From positions 227,170,001 to 227,234,000 of the forward strand of contig NC_086097.1 of the NCBI RefSeq assembly GCF_963921235.1: DNA of 64,000 bases, read 5' to 3'. This stretch comes from Mobula hypostoma (Eukaryota). Shown here one piece after another: positions 14,072 to 27,630 of this stretch. The position numbers and the translations under genes were made by a program. The notes under the pieces were generated by a model. The model searched no databases, had not been told where the DNA came from, and saw nothing but the letters and a program-made list of their open reading frames with translations. The first letter of the stretch is position 1; every line of letters starts with the position of its first letter.

Positions 14072-14704
14072 GTCCCGACTGGTGGGAGGAGAGAGCAGCG
14101 CACCGCGCGTGCGCAGCCCTCTGGTGAAAAATGATATCATATTTGTTAAATAGGGGCTGTGGACAATTCTGATTTGATGGAGAGGTGAAAGCACAGAGGA
14201 ACATCTGGAGAAATTTCTGGAACGCTTGTTCGCTGCTGTCGTTACTGCGTGGTCGGGAATCTTTCGGAAGGTAGGCCTCAAAATCCCCGGCTTAGCCTGC
14301 TGTTGGCGACCAAGGTTGAGGTCGAATCGTTCGGACAGAGATGGCGCTCAGTACTCGGTGTCGGAGAGCTGATCAGAGCTCGAAGTTTTCAGATGACTCA
14401 GCATCGGACTGCGGTCTGCATGGCAGGGAGAGTTCTTCCTTCTCCCGTCTGCATGAGATGTGGGACATTTGAGAGACTTTGAACTTTTACTGTGCTCATG
14501 GACTTCTTCATCAAGTTATGGTATTGTTGCACTCTTGTAACTATATGTCATAATTATGTGGTTTTGTCAGGTTTTCAGTCTTGATTTGTCTTGTGTTTCT
14601 GTGATATCATTCTGGAGGAACATTGTCTCATTTCTTCATGCATGCATTACTAAATGACAATAAAAGAGGATTGCATGACCTCATAATCTAATCTAAATCT
14701 AAGT
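14072..14704 (+). mobile_element. Non-autonomous LINE-mobilised repeat ending in AATAAA..(AATCT)n; second copy in antisense at ~34795-35390
   Basis: The two copies share the 3' half (GAGAGACTTTGAAC..CATGCATT..TAAA..ACAATAAA..CCTCATAATCTAATCTA); possible TSD CAATGAAA; no coding capacity. Confidence 0.65.
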
Positions 14705-15477
14705 CAATGAAATCACACTTGCTATGAAATTATATTTCTCTTAATTTCAAATTGACATTCTGTATCATGTCAAACACCTGTCACAGTCATGCATACTGTT
14801 CATCTTTAATTGATCTCCAGATGATTATGTCATTCATCATGGTCTGAACACCAAGTATGTCCTCAAAGATCATGTGAATGGTTTTATGGTAGAATTCTGG
14901 TGTGAACAACATTCCATATCGTACCTAAGAATGCCATATCTTCCCTTTGGTGTGTCAAAAGTACACTTGAACTTGCCTCATGCAGCTTCATCTGCCAAAA
15001 CCCAGACGCCACGTTAAGTTTGCTAAATTAATTGACACCTGCAAACCAGGACATGATATCCTCATATATTGGCAATTAAAAATACTCTGTCTTGATGGCT
15101 TTATTGGGATCTCTTGGGTCTAGACATATTCACAATGCTCCATTTTTCTTTTGCCCAATGAACAATTTTCTGTGTGTCATTTATCCATTCTATGCATGCT
15201 AGTTCTTAGTTAAGTGTGTCTCTAAGTGCAAATGGATCTTTCCTGCTTGCATGGACAACAGAAGCTACTGTCTCAACTGTATGGATTCTGTGCATACCAG
15301 ATAGACATCTGAGCCCCTCAAAGACATCTGCATGGTCTTCCATTATGAAGTGTGGTCATCTTCTGTCTGTGAAGCCACTACAAAAATTCTTTTCAACAGG
15401 TTGAGCTTTTCACATGCACTCAGACCTACTATTGGCTGTACTTTTTTTTACTACTATCAGTAGCTGTGTCTGTGCCA

Positions 15478-17078
15478 ACCCAACCCAAGCAAGGCTGCAG
15501 GACCAGATGGTGTCAGTACCAGGGTGCTCAAAGCCTGTGCACCTCAGCTATGTGGAGAACTTTGCCATGTATTCAACATGAGCCTGAGGCTCCGGAGGGT
15601 TTGTACTGTGGAAGTCGTCCTGCCTCGTCCCTGTGCCGAAGACTCCACGCCCCAGTGGCCTCAATGACTACAGACCGGTGGCATTGACCTCCCACATCAT
15701 GAAGACCCTGGAGAGACTTGTTCTGGAGCTGCTCCGGCCTATGGTCAGGCCACACTTAGATCCCCTCCAGTTCGCCTACCAGCCCCGACTAGGAGTTGAG
15801 GATGCCATCGTCTACCTGCTGAACCGTGTCTACACCCACCTGGACAAGCCAGTGAGCACTATGAGGGTCATGTTTTTTGACTTCTCCAGTGCATTCAACA
15901 CTATCCGCCCTGCTCTGCTGGGGGAGAAGCTGACAGCGATGCAGGTGGATGCTTCCCTGGTATCACGGATTCTCGATTACCTAACTGGCAGACCACAGTA
16001 CGTGTGCTTGTAACACTGTGTGTCCAACAGAGTGATCAGCAGCACTGGAGCTCCACAGGGGACTGTCTTGTCTCCCTTTCTCTTCACCATTTACACCTCG
16101 GACTTCAACTACTGCACAGAGTCTTGTCATCTTCAGAAGTTTTCGGATGACTCTGCCATAGTTGGATGCATCAGCAAGGGAGATGAGGTTGAGTACAGGG
16201 CTACAGTAGGAAACTTTGTCACATGGTGTGAGCAGAATTATCTGCAGCTTAATGTGAAGAAGTCTAAGGAGCTGGTGGTAGACCTGAGGAGAGCTAAGGT
16301 ACCAGTGACCCCTGTTTCCATCCAGGGGGTCAGTGTGGACATGGTGGAGGATTACAAATACCTGGGGATACGAATTGACAATAAACTGGACTGATCTAAG
16401 AACACTGAGGCTATCTACAAGAAGGGTCAGAGCCGTCTCTATTTCCTGAGGTCCTTTAACATCTGCTGGACGATGCTTAAGATGTTCTACGAGTCTGTGG
16501 TGGCCAGTGCGATCATGTTTGCTGTTGTGTGCTCTGGCAGCAGGCTGAGAGTAGCAGACACCAACAGAATCAACAAACTCATCCGTAAGGCCAGTGATAT
16601 TGTGGGGATGGAACTGGACTCTCTCATGGTGGTGTCTGAAAAGAGGATGCTGTCCAAGTTGCATGCCATCTTTGTCAATGTCTCCCATCCACTACATAAT
16701 GTACTGGGTGGGCACAGGAGTACATTCAGCCAGAGACTCATTCCTCTGAGATGCAGCACAGAGTGTCATAGGAAGTCATTCCTGTCTGTGGCCATCAAAC
16801 TTTACAAATCCTCCCTTGGAGGGTCAGACACCGTGAGCCGATAGGCTGGTCCTGGACTTATTTCATAATTTACTGGCATAATTTACATATTACTATTTAA
16901 CTATTTATTACTATTTTTCTATTACTATTCTATTACTATTTATCATTTCTATGACTATTACTATTTACTAATAGAAGTATTACTATTACTATTTCTATTA
17001 CTATTTATTATTTATGGTGCAACTGTAACGAAAACCAATTTCCCCCGGGATCAATGAAGTATGACTATGACTATGACT
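15478..17078 (+). mobile_element. Rex1/Babar LINE, 5'-truncated, relatively young
   Basis: LNDYRPVALTSHIMK, DPLQFAYQ, FFDFSSAFNTI, GAPQGTVLSPFLF, QKFSDDSAIVGCI; few stops; (ATGACT)n tail. Confidence 0.9.
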
Positions 17079-18154
17079 TTTTGTGCTGCCCTTATGCTTG
17101 AAGGTCACTGTACAGCCTCACAGCCTCCTTTTACTGGAATGTACTCTCAAGTATAGCCAGTTACTTTTACATTCACTGGGCAAAACTTGCTCTTTACTTA
17201 GAGCATCTTGTAATCATCCACGGATAACGGATTTACCTGGGCTCCAGTGTCAAGCTTGAATAGAATTACTGAATCATTCACAGTCATTGAAACAATCCAT
17301 TCTGTTTTACCAACACCAGCAGTCGGCAGAGAATCTACAAAGACTTCTTCCACTTCCTAAGCAACCAGATGCACCTTTCACTTGGCAGCCCCACTTTTGC
17401 AGCACTTTCCAAAATGATTCTTCTTCCCACTATTATTGCAAGACTTTTCATAAGCAGGAGACGTCTTTGGGATGTGCTGCATTTGCTGTTTGAGCCTTCC
17501 TTTTTGCTTTGGTGTTGCTTTGGGAAACTCCTTGTGCTTTGCCCTCTGTTTTCACAGCATGCACAGTTCCAGGTGAACTACCTGCATTTCAGTGCCTGCC
17601 TGAGCACAACTCATAAATGTAAGAATCAAGAAGTATGCATACCAATTTATGCATTGGCCATCACAGCTATCATTCTGCATCAAAATTAATTCAAATATTC
17701 ATCTTGAATCAGAAGTGGAAGACCAGAGCAAAATTACAAAGATGCTGTTATATGAGTCTAGCTTTAGAATATTATATAAAAAAAAATCATAGTAGCTGAC
17801 CACAATTCAAAGATCTATGCATTTATGCAAGAATGTTAAAGCTGCTAATAATGTCCTGGGTAACTATCGGCAATTTTTTGTTCAATACTTTATACTTTAT
17901 TGTCGCCAAACAATTAATACTAGAGCGTACAATCGTCACAGCAATATTTGATTCTGCGCTTCACACTCCCTGGAGTACAAATCGATAGTAAATACTAAAG
18001 ATTTAAATTATAAATCACAAATAGAAAATAGAAAAGGGAAAGTAAGGTAGTGCAAAATAACCGAGAGGCAGGTCCGGGTATTTGGAGGGTATGGCCCAGA
18101 TCCAGGTCAGGATCCGTTCAGCAGTCTTATCACAATTAGAAAGTTACATGTATA

Positions 18155-19194
18155 CAGGTGTCCCCCGCTTTTCGAACGTTCACTTTATGAAACCTCACTG
18201 TTACGAAAGACCTACATTAGTACCCTGTTTTCGCTTTCAGAAGGTGTTTTCACTGTTACGAAAAAAAAATTCAGCGCACGATAAAAGGCAGCACGCCCCG
18301 AGCAGCCGCTCTCTCTTGTATTTGGAACTGCTTTGCTTTAACATGTGCCTGTGAGCAGCCGTTTACAAGATGCGTTCTATGGTATCGGAAAAGCTTGAGA
18401 GTGCTCGTAAGGGTGTTACACTTACGGTAAAACTAGACATAATTAAGTGTTTTGATCGTGGTGAACGAAGTAAGGACAACGTGAGTTTGGCTTGTGGAAG
18501 ATGACGAACATGATGTTGAAGAGGTTTTGGCATCCCATCACCAAGAACTGACAGATGAAGAGCTGATGCAATTGGAAGAAAAAAGGATAACAATCAAAAC
18601 CGAATGAGTAATGATAAAGTACGACTTTAATTTTGAAAGGGTACGTCAGTTTAGGGGATATTTGCAGGATGGTTTGAGTCCTTATTAAAGAACTGTGTGA
18701 TAGAAAAATGCGCGAGGCTGAGCAGTCAAGCAAGCCTTCCACATCAGCCACAGCAGACGACGAACCTCGACCTTCAACATCGAGGCGGGCAGTCATAGGA
18801 GAAGATGAGCTGCCTGCTCTAATGGAAACAGGCGACGAGATGACACCCGAGTGTCCCACCACCCCAACCCCCAGGCCCTGGAGAGAGTGTTCTTGCCAAC
18901 AGCGCTTGCATGAGATTTTCGCTATGGAGAACAGTTCAGTAATGATTGTGGAAAAGTATTTCTACTTTATATAGGCTGTGTATTTATCATATCATTCCTA
19001 CTTTTACTATATGTTACTGTTATTTTAGGTTTTATGTGTTATTTGGCATGATTTGGTAGGTTATTTTTGGGTCTGCGAACGCATACAAAATTTTCCCATA
19101 TAAATAAATGGTAATTGCTTCTTCGCTTTACGACATTTCGGCTTACGAACTGTTTCATAGGAACGCTCTACCTTCAGATGGCGGGGGAAACCTG
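18155..19194 (+). mobile_element. Internally deleted Tigger/pogo DNA transposon
   Basis: TA TSD; ends CAGGTGTCCCCCGC / GCGGGGGAAACCTG; transposase remnants RKGVTLTVKLDIIKCFDRGERSKD (CENP-B-type HTH) and DVEEVLASHHQELTDEELMQLEE. Confidence 0.9.
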
Positions 19195-19695
19195 TATGTA
19201 TATACATGTATGAAGTGTCTTCACTCTTCTGCTTTTATTACAGTCATTATTTGACACCACCTTCACTCTAAAATTTCAACTGGACCTTGATATACTTTGC
19301 CCAAGTCTGAACCATGCATTATTTCTAATCTGTCAGCATGTGCAGTGCCTTTAAGTCAACACACCTCTAGTAGATTTTTCTTATCAGCTATTTTCTGAAT
19401 TGCTGGGATAAAATATGAGGACAAATTTTAACATTTTTGTCATACATACCATTTAAAAACATATCTTGGTGTATATTTTATTTTCTGTCAAACTTATGAA
19501 ATGGCATTAAAATGAAAGGTGCAAAAATCTGTGATTCATGGTCTCAGATAAAGCGACACCTTCTGTGGCAAAGAATCAGAATCAGGTTTAATATCACCAG
19601 CATATGTTGTGTAATTTGTTGTTATGTGGGAGCAATACATAACACTAAAAACTGAATTACAAAAATTATATACATATATAATAGTTAAATAATTA

Positions 19696-20558
19696 GTGGA
19701 TATGCCAAATAGCGGAGTCGTGCTGCAACAATAACCTGGCACTCAACGTCAGTAAGACGAAAGAGTTGATTGTGGACTTCAGGAAGCGTAAGACGAAGAA
19801 ACAGATACCAATCCACATAGACAGATCAGAAGTGGAGAGAGTGAGCAGTTTTATGTTCCTGGGTATCAAGATCTCTGAGGATCTAACCTGGTCCCAACAT
19901 ATCGATGTAGTTTTAAAGAAGGCAAGACAGAGACTATCCTTCATCAGGAGTTTGAAGAGATTTGGCATATCAACAAATACACTCAAAAACTTCTATAGGT
20001 TTACCGTGGAGAGCATTCTGACAGACTGCATCACTGTTTGGTATGTCGGGGGGGGGAGGGGCGCGGGGTGCTACTGCACAGGACCAAAAGAAGCTGCAGA
20101 AGGTTGTAAATCTAGTCAGCTCCATCTTGGGTACTAGCCTACAAAGTTCCCAGGACATCTTCAAGGAGCGGTGTCTCAGAAAGGCAGCATCCATTATTAA
20201 GGACCTCCAGCACCCAGGGCATGCCCTTTTCTCACTGTTACCATCAGATAGGAGGTACGGAAGCCTGAAGCCAAACACTCAGTAAACACTCAGTAACACT
20301 CAGCTTCTTCCCCTCTGCCATCCGATTCCTAAATGGACATTGAATGTTTGGACACTACCTCACTTTTTTAATATATAGTATTTCTGTTTTTGCACGTTTT
20401 TAAAAAATCTATCCAAACATGCTGTAATTGATTTACTTGTTTATTATTATTTTTATTGATTTTTTTCCCTGCTAGGTTATGTATTGCACTGAACTGCTGC
20501 TGCTAAGTTAACAAATTTCACGTCACATGCTGGTGATAATAAACCTGATTCTGATTCT
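19696..20558 (+). mobile_element. Rex1/Babar-like LINE 3' fragment nested in an antisense tail of the same type
   Basis: NLALNVSKTKELIVDFRK..VERVSSF.FLG..ISEDLTWS..KDLQHPGHALFSLLPS; ends AATAAACCTGATTCTGATTCTGA. Confidence 0.85.
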
Positions 20559-21748
20559 GATAGTGCAGAATAAAAGTAGTGAGGTGGTGTCCATGGGTTC
20601 CATGTGCATTCAGAGATCTTACTGTCTCTCATTTGCTTATTATTTCAGTGTCTGCTTGAGCACAACTCATAAATGTAAGAATCAAAAATTAAGCATAACA
20701 ATGCATGCATTCAATCAGTACCAAAGCCATACAATTGTTGGCTAATAAACTTTGTATGTTTATATAATGCATATCTCCCGCTTGCTATTGCTATTCCCAT
20801 TACTTTTTCAAAATGTTCCCTCAGTAGAGATGGTTGCTCATTTGCTTTGGAAGACGATGCTGATAGCCATTAAGATTATCAGAGCATCTTTAGTCCTGCT
20901 GGCTCTGCTTTGAATTGGACTCCATCACCATGTGAGGTAATAGTCTGCTGATTGGCAACACCAAAGGCAGTATTAAAAAGGCAGTGATCAAAAAATAAAT
21001 GTTATCATCCTGTGGATAGCATTCCACTCCACTCCACTGGGCCAGAATATTAATGATTCTCAGAATCTACTAGAGAACAATTTCTTGGAGTACTATCACA
21101 CTTCTAAAGTCTATTTGAACCCTGGAGTCCAAAGCCATGTTAGTAGCAGTTTTTGCTTGGATAACAATAATTTTCACTGCTACACTGAGTACAAAGTTAA
21201 TGTGAAAGATTAGAACTGAAGACATGACACACAAGCTTAAAAGCAACCCTGACAGTACCTTAAACAACTAAACATGAATGCTTTCCAGTCTCTTCCTATA
21301 GGTAGCACCATCATGGTTTTCAGAAGAGTACTCCAGAGCAGAGCTGGTGTTGAAATAGCATTCCTTGTTTTTTTTTCCCTGTACTTTGCTGAAGTCTACT
21401 CATGCCAGGTGACTTGTCCATGTAGATTTCAATTCTAATCTGCTGTCTGCTATTGATGGATGCCAACAGCTGAGCTGAACTTATAATTATCAGAGGATTG
21501 ACTTTCATCTGGGGGCTTATCCCTACAGGATTCCTTGTGCATCCAAGTTGAGAGATGGTTGCAGTGAGGTGAGGAGTATGTTAGAGAAGTATGCTTGTAT
21601 CATCCAAACCTTATAATGTGGAAGAGATTGTGGGATTAGGAAAAATGGTATCTATCAATGATCTGCAAGATTGGGAGTAGCTGTTTGAAGCCAAGATGTG
21701 TAAAGCATCTTCACGCAGAGGTGGTGAATCCCTGGAATTCCGTACCCC

Positions 21749-21880
21749 GACACGAGGAAATCTGCAGATGCTGGAAATTCAAGCAACACACACAAAAAAT
21801 GCTGGTGAACGCAGCAGGCTAGGCAGCATCTATAGGAAGAGGTACAGTCGATGTTTCGGGCCAGGACCCTTTGTCAGGAC
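21749..21880 (-). mobile_element. Short Penelope-derived insertion with 11-bp TSD, inside an old CR1 tail
   Basis: TTCCGTACCCC (21738-21748) / TTCTGTACCCC (21881-21891); carries a hammerhead motif with a mutated core (CTGACAA). Confidence 0.8.
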
Positions 21881-22519
21881 TTCTGTACCCCAGAGGGTTG
21901 TGGAGTCTGGGTCATTAGGAGTATTTAAAAAAAAGGTGTGTACACATTTTTGAAAGTCAGAGAATTGAGGATTGTAGGGAAATAACGCTGAAGATGAAAT
22001 GAGCCCTAGGCAGGTCAGCCTTAATCATATTGACTTGATGGGCTCAGAAATTACTTCACCTAATTTCTTATGCTTTTATGTTCATATGTTCTTTTTGAGC
22101 ACTATATATGACCAAAACATTGTCTTTCACAATTTTTGATAACTGCTGGTTGGTCAAGGTCTTATTGAAGGCTCATCATCCACACCCTCTTCATTCTGAC
22201 TGACAGATGGTGTAGATGGTACCAGTTGGGAGCAGTTGTACATCACTGCTTTCTGCAAGAGATAGTAGAATTTAAGTGAGTGCTTCACAATATTTCTGGG
22301 AAATGTGATAGCCTCAATACGTTTGGTCTGGACAATCTTAGGCTGTGTCTTTTGAGACACTGGCATAATTTGAATCACTCAAATGACTTTCATCTGGGAC
22401 TGCTGAAATGATTTCCTGTTACTGTGCACTGTTGCATAAAATTGTGTGATTATTGCTCCTCTGAAGTTGAAATCATTGCACAAGATGTATGTACTTAATT
22501 GTGCAGACTGAGGAGGCGG

Positions 22520-24707
22520 TGAGCATAATATGATATAATTCACCCGGCAGTGTGAGAGGGAAAAGATAAAGTGAGATGTATCAGTATCAGTAAAGGGAAT
22601 TACAGAGGCATGAGAGAGGAGCTGGCCGAAGATGAATTGAAGGGGACACTAGCAGGGATGATGGCAGAACAGCAGTGTCTGTCATTTCTGGGAGCAATTC
22701 AGAAGGCAGAAGAAAGATACATATTTAAGATAAAGAAGTATTCTAAAGGGAGGATGAAGCAACCATGGCTGACAAGGGAAGTCAAAGAAGCATAAAAGCA
22801 AAAGAAAGGACATATAATATACCAAACATTAGTGGGAAGCTTTTAAAAGCCAACAGAAGGCAACTGAACAGCCATAAAGAGATAGAAGAACTATGAAGGT
22901 AAGCAAGCTTATAAAGTAAAAGAAGATACAAAATGTTTTTCACATATATAAAGAGTAAAAGAGAGAAGGGACTGGATATCGGACCGTTGTCAAATGATGT
23001 TGGGGAGTTAGTAATAGGGAACAAAGAAATGGTGGCGAACTGAATAAGTATTTGTATTAGTCTTCACTTTGGAAGACGCTAGCAGAATGCCAGAAATGCC
23101 AGAGTGTTGGGGGTAGAAGTGAGTGTCATTGCTATTACTAAGGAATAGGTGCTTCATAAGCTGAAAAGTCTGAAGGTTGATAAGTCACCTGGACCAGATG
23201 TACTACATCCTAAGATTCTGAAACAGGAGGCTGATTAGTACTGGTCTTGCAAGAATCACTAGATTCTGGGATAGTTCCAGAGGACTGGAAAATTGCAAAT
23301 GTCACTCCAGTTGTTAAGAAGGGAAGGAGGCAGAAGAAAGGCACTTATTGGCCAGTTAGCCTGACTTTGGTGGTTGGGAAGATATTGGCGTCTATTATTA
23401 AGGATGAGCTTTCAGGGTGCTTGGAGGCACTTGACAAAATAGGCCAGTCAGCATGGTTTCCTTAAGGGGAAATCTTGCCAGACAAATCAGTTGGATTTCT
23501 TTGAGGAAATACCAGACAAGATCAACAAAGGAGTCAGTGAATGTTGTTTACTTGGATTTTCAGGAGGCGTTTGGCAAGGTGCCACACATGAGGCTGCTTA
23601 ATAAGAGCCCACTGTATTACAGGGCATATACTAGCATGGATAGAAGATTGGGTGATTAGCAAGTGGCAAGGATAGGAATAAAGGGGACCTATTCCAGTTG
23701 ACACCCAGTGACTAGTGGTGTTCTGCAGGGATCAGTATTGGGACCACTTCCTTTCGTGATATACGTCAGTGATTTAGATATCAGAATTGATGGCTTTGTG
23801 GCCAAGTTTGTGGACAATTCAAAGATAGGTGAGCAAGTAGTGCAAGCAGGGTCGCTGCAAAAGAGCTTAGACAGATTGGGAGAATGGGTAAAGAAGAAGT
23901 GGCAAATGGAAAACAGTGTAGCAAAGTGCATGGCTATGCACTTTGGTAGTAGAAATAAAAGCATGAACTATTTTCTAAATGGGGAGAAAATTCAAAAATC
24001 AAAGGTGCAAAGGGACCTAGGAGTGTTTGTGCAGGATTTCCTAAAGATTAACTTGTAGGTTGAGTCATTGGTAAGGATGGCAAATGCAATGTTAGCATTC
24101 ATTTCGAGCGGATTAGAACTCAAGTGCGAGGATGTTAATGCTGAGGCTTTATAAGGCATTGGTCAGACCACACTTATTTGGTTTGTGTCCCTTATTTGTG
24201 CTGGCATTGGAGAGGATCCAGAGAAGGTTCATGTGAATGACGCAGAAATGAAAGGGTTATCATATGAGGAGTGTTTGAAGGCCCTGGTCCAGTACTCACT
24301 GGAGTTTAGAAGAATGAGGGGATCTCATTGAAACCTACCAAATATTGAAAAGCCTCGATAGAGTGGATATAGAGAGGATGTTTCCTATTGTGGGGGTGTC
24401 TAGGATCAAAGGGCATTGCCTCAGAACAGAGGGATGTCCATTTACACCAGAGATAAGGAAAAATTTCTTTAACCAGATGGTGGTGAATTTGTGGACTTCT
24501 TTCCCATAGATGGCTGTGCAGGCCAAGTCATTGGGTATATATAAGGCAGAGTTTGATTGTTACTTGAATAATTACGGTGTCAGAGATAATCGGGATGAAG
24601 GCAGGAAAATGAGTTTGAGAGGAATAATAATCAGCCAAGGTGGAATGGCAGAACAAACTCAATAGGCTGAACGGCCTAGTTCTGCATCTTTTTCCTATGG
24701 TCTTATG
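22520..24707 (+). mobile_element. CR1 LINE ORF2, decayed
   Basis: KSPGPD, VPEDWKIANVTP, YLDFQEAF, SGVLQGSVLGP, AKFVDNSKIG, CR1 3' UTR. Confidence 0.9.
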
Positions 24708-24751
24708 GCTGTATGGATTTTACCAAGAAAAATGTAGTATAAGTCAACTCA

Positions 24752-25373
24752 CAGACATCCCACCTCTCCCGGAAGTCCCGTGAGTCTCCCGCATATTAAT
24801 AGTGGCTCCCTGATGCCCGCAAATTATATACAATATCACGGAAATCAATTTTTTTGAGAGCGAGCGAGAGAAGGTAAGAGAGAGCGCGAGAGTGACCACG
24901 AGAGAGAGCGCACGCGCAAGAGAGAGAGCGAGTGCAAGCAAGCGAGTGAGAGAGAGAGCAAGCGAGAGCGCTTGAGAGTGCGTGAGCGACCACGAGAGAG
25001 AGAGAGAGAGAGCAAGAGCACGCCATGGCAGAGTGTTCCAAAAAAAATATAAAACGTACGTCACCTCAGACTACACTAAAGTGTACCCCTGCCTATTAGG
25101 GATCAAAAGTAATGACAGTGTTGCTCGCGGCACTGTTTGCAACAGTGACTTTTCTATTGCCCATGGTGGGTTAAGACTGTAAAAGACATGTTGACGTGAG
25201 TTTAACAAGTGTCATTCATTCATTAGCATAGCTAACGTTATTTAAACTAGCTGGCTAGCTGCTAGGGAGCTACTGTATTGCAGACATCCCACCTCTCCCG
25301 GAAGTTCCTGGAGTCTCCCGCAAGTTGATGGTGCTACCTCCCTGAAATGAGTTTTTGCAGGGTGGGATGTCTG
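24752..25373. mobile_element. Non-autonomous TIR element with 13-bp TIRs and 6-bp TSD (hAT6-like?)
   Basis: TIR CAGACATCCCACC / GGTGGGATGTCTG; TSD AACTCA (24746-24751, 25374-25379); internal GA-rich tract; second left end at 25281. Confidence 0.85.
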
Positions 25374-25614
25374 AACTCATATCTACTGTACTTCAAACTC
25401 CCTATGTTTTATTTGGAAACCAAAAAGGATATTGTGTTCCATGAATGCCTAATGGCATCATATCTCCTTGCAGTGGGAGAGAGAAGCCAGTTGGAAACAC
25501 CAGGAAAACATAGCTGGAGGGAGCGCAGACATTTGCTGCTTCTGGATTCAATGCAGCAAGTGGATCATGGAGGGTGGACACAACAAAGAGCTTCTAATGA
25601 AAGATGACTGAAAT

Positions 25615-26590
25615 AATATGTTGTAACTGTTCATGTGCTATAGTGATCACTGGTTATTTATGATTTCTACCAATGACAGTTGAAGGGACTGATTGCAGTA
25701 TAGCCAAATTTGCTTTTAATACAGATAGTTAGGATAGCAAGTGTGAGGAGGGCATGCCCTATCTTGAAAGTGATGTAGATATGTTGAGCAAGTGGGCAAT
25801 AGCTTGGCCGATGAAGTATGAAGTAAGGATATAAGATTGTCCATTTTGTATGAAGAACAGAAAATCAGAATTCTGTATGACTGGAGAGAGAGTACAGAAC
25901 AACTGTACAGAGGGAGCTAGATATCCCTGTAAATGTAGCACATGAATTTAGCATGTAGATATACTGTAGGAAGTAGGAATGCTATTGAGTGTTGGCCTTT
26001 ATTAGTAAATACTGTCGATGGCGATTAAAAGTAATAGGTTTGACTTCAATTGTATGGGTTGTTGGTGAGACCATTCCTGGAATTCTACATGTAGTTTTAA
26101 TTTTTTAAGACTCTTTTATACTGACATTGGAGGTAGTTCTAGGAAGATTCACTAGGTTGATGCCTGGGATGATACCTCTGTTATGTGAAGGTAGAATAGG
26201 TTAAATAGCTCGGGCCCAGAAAATTCTGAGGGGGTTTATGGTGACATAAAGATTTCCCCTCTCCTCTATCCCATGGGAGAATTAAGAATTAATCTACACA
26301 GTTTTAGAGTAGGAGATCATCCATTTAAGATGGGGGTTTGGAGGAAATTTTCTGCCTGAGGGTCACGAGTCAATGGAATTATTTGCCCCGGACATTGTGA
26401 AAGCTAGGTCAGTGAATATCACTAAAGCTAAAAAAGGTAGATTTTAAGACCATACAGGCAGGGGTCATGTGTTATGGGGAGCATGCAGAAAAGTGGAGGT
26501 GAAACCAAGATCAGGTCAGCAATGATCTTTTTGGATCGTGAAGCAGGCTTGACTGACAGGATGCTCGCCTGCTGCTCCTATTTTTTGTAT
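25615..26590 (+). mobile_element. Old CR1 LINE 3' part
   Basis: Highly degenerate RT C-terminal motifs (AKFA.., LVRPFLEF) and CR1-type 3' UTR. Confidence 0.6.
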
Positions 26591-27009
26591 TCTAATAGTT
26601 AGTAGCAGAGTTGGGAAATAGAATGAAGATACAGTACAGAGTGATCTCATTCAGTGGTAAAATAGGGTTGAGAGAATGGATGGCCTTTTGATCATATGAA
26701 TCAAGTTTACTTCATAACATAATGCACACTCTGAATTATTAGAGACTAAAAATAAATTGTGTTACTTCTACTTTTTTCATAGTGTCTATTTTTCTAGGGT
26801 ACTACTGTATTTAGCAAGGTTTACTTGTGCCTAATTATTTTCATTTTTAAGTCGAGTTCAAATATTAAAATGCCACAAAAACACTGCAGAAAATGTTGGG
26901 TATGCCAACAGGTTTGACAGCATCTGTGAGAAAGCTCTAAATTGATTCAAGCAAAATATAACATAAATATAGTGTAAATAGAGCCAGGCTTTTCCTCTGG
27001 TAGGGGAAC

Positions 27010-27630
27010 CTGTACTCCCTTTTCACCTATGACTGCGTTCCTGTACATGGTTCTAACTCCATAATCAAGTTCGCAGACAACACCATGGTGGTTGGGTCTG
27101 ATCAGAGGGGATGACGAGACGGCCTACAGGGACAAGGTTCAGCACCTGGCTGCGTTGTGTGCCGAGGACAATCTGGCCCTTAACACCCAGAAGACCAAGG
27201 AGATCATTGTGAACTTCAGGCATGCCAGGAGTCACACTCACATCCCCATCTATATTAACGGAATTGTAGTGGAGCGTGTATCAAGCTTCAAATTCCTTGG
27301 TGTCCACATTTCCGAGGATCTCACCTGGTCCCTGAACTCCTCCATCCTGATCAAAAAGGCGCAACAGCAGGCACAGGAAGAGCCTCTTCCCTGAGGCTGT
27401 GACCCTGCTGAACCTCTCATCACAGCGCTAAGCAGTATTGCATCTGTATTGTACTGTCTCAGTACTTTTAGATTTGTGTGCTGTAGCACTTCTTTTTATT
27501 CACAGTTATTTTGTAAATAACACTATTCTTTGCATTTCTGGTCAGATACTAAATGCATTTCATTGACTTTGTATCTGTATTCGGCACAGTGACGATAAAG
27601 TTGAATCTAATCTAATCTAATCTAATCTAA
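27010..27630 (+). mobile_element. Rex1/Babar-like LINE 3' fragment, internally deleted
   Basis: SIIKFADNT.V.GLIRGDDETAYRD..NLALNTQKTKEIIVNFR; (AATCT)n tail. Confidence 0.85.

Larger units (their letters stand above)
9946..17575 (-). mobile_element. Decayed Gypsy LTR retrotransposon (gag knuckle, protease, RT, RNase H, integrase, 3' LTR) carrying at least five nested insertions; 5' LTR not seen
   Basis: Knuckle-like SPAYEKSCNNSGKKNHFGKCC (~17400-17470); FKLDTGAQVN (~17230-17265); MMNDIIIW (~14815-14840); [13 protein letters not shown] (~13550-13590); integrase RHGV..LDNGPQFSS..HITSSPY.PKSNG (10732-11006); PPT AAAGGGAGAAGA at 10141-10152; TG..CA LTR at 9946-10140. Confidence 0.85.
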
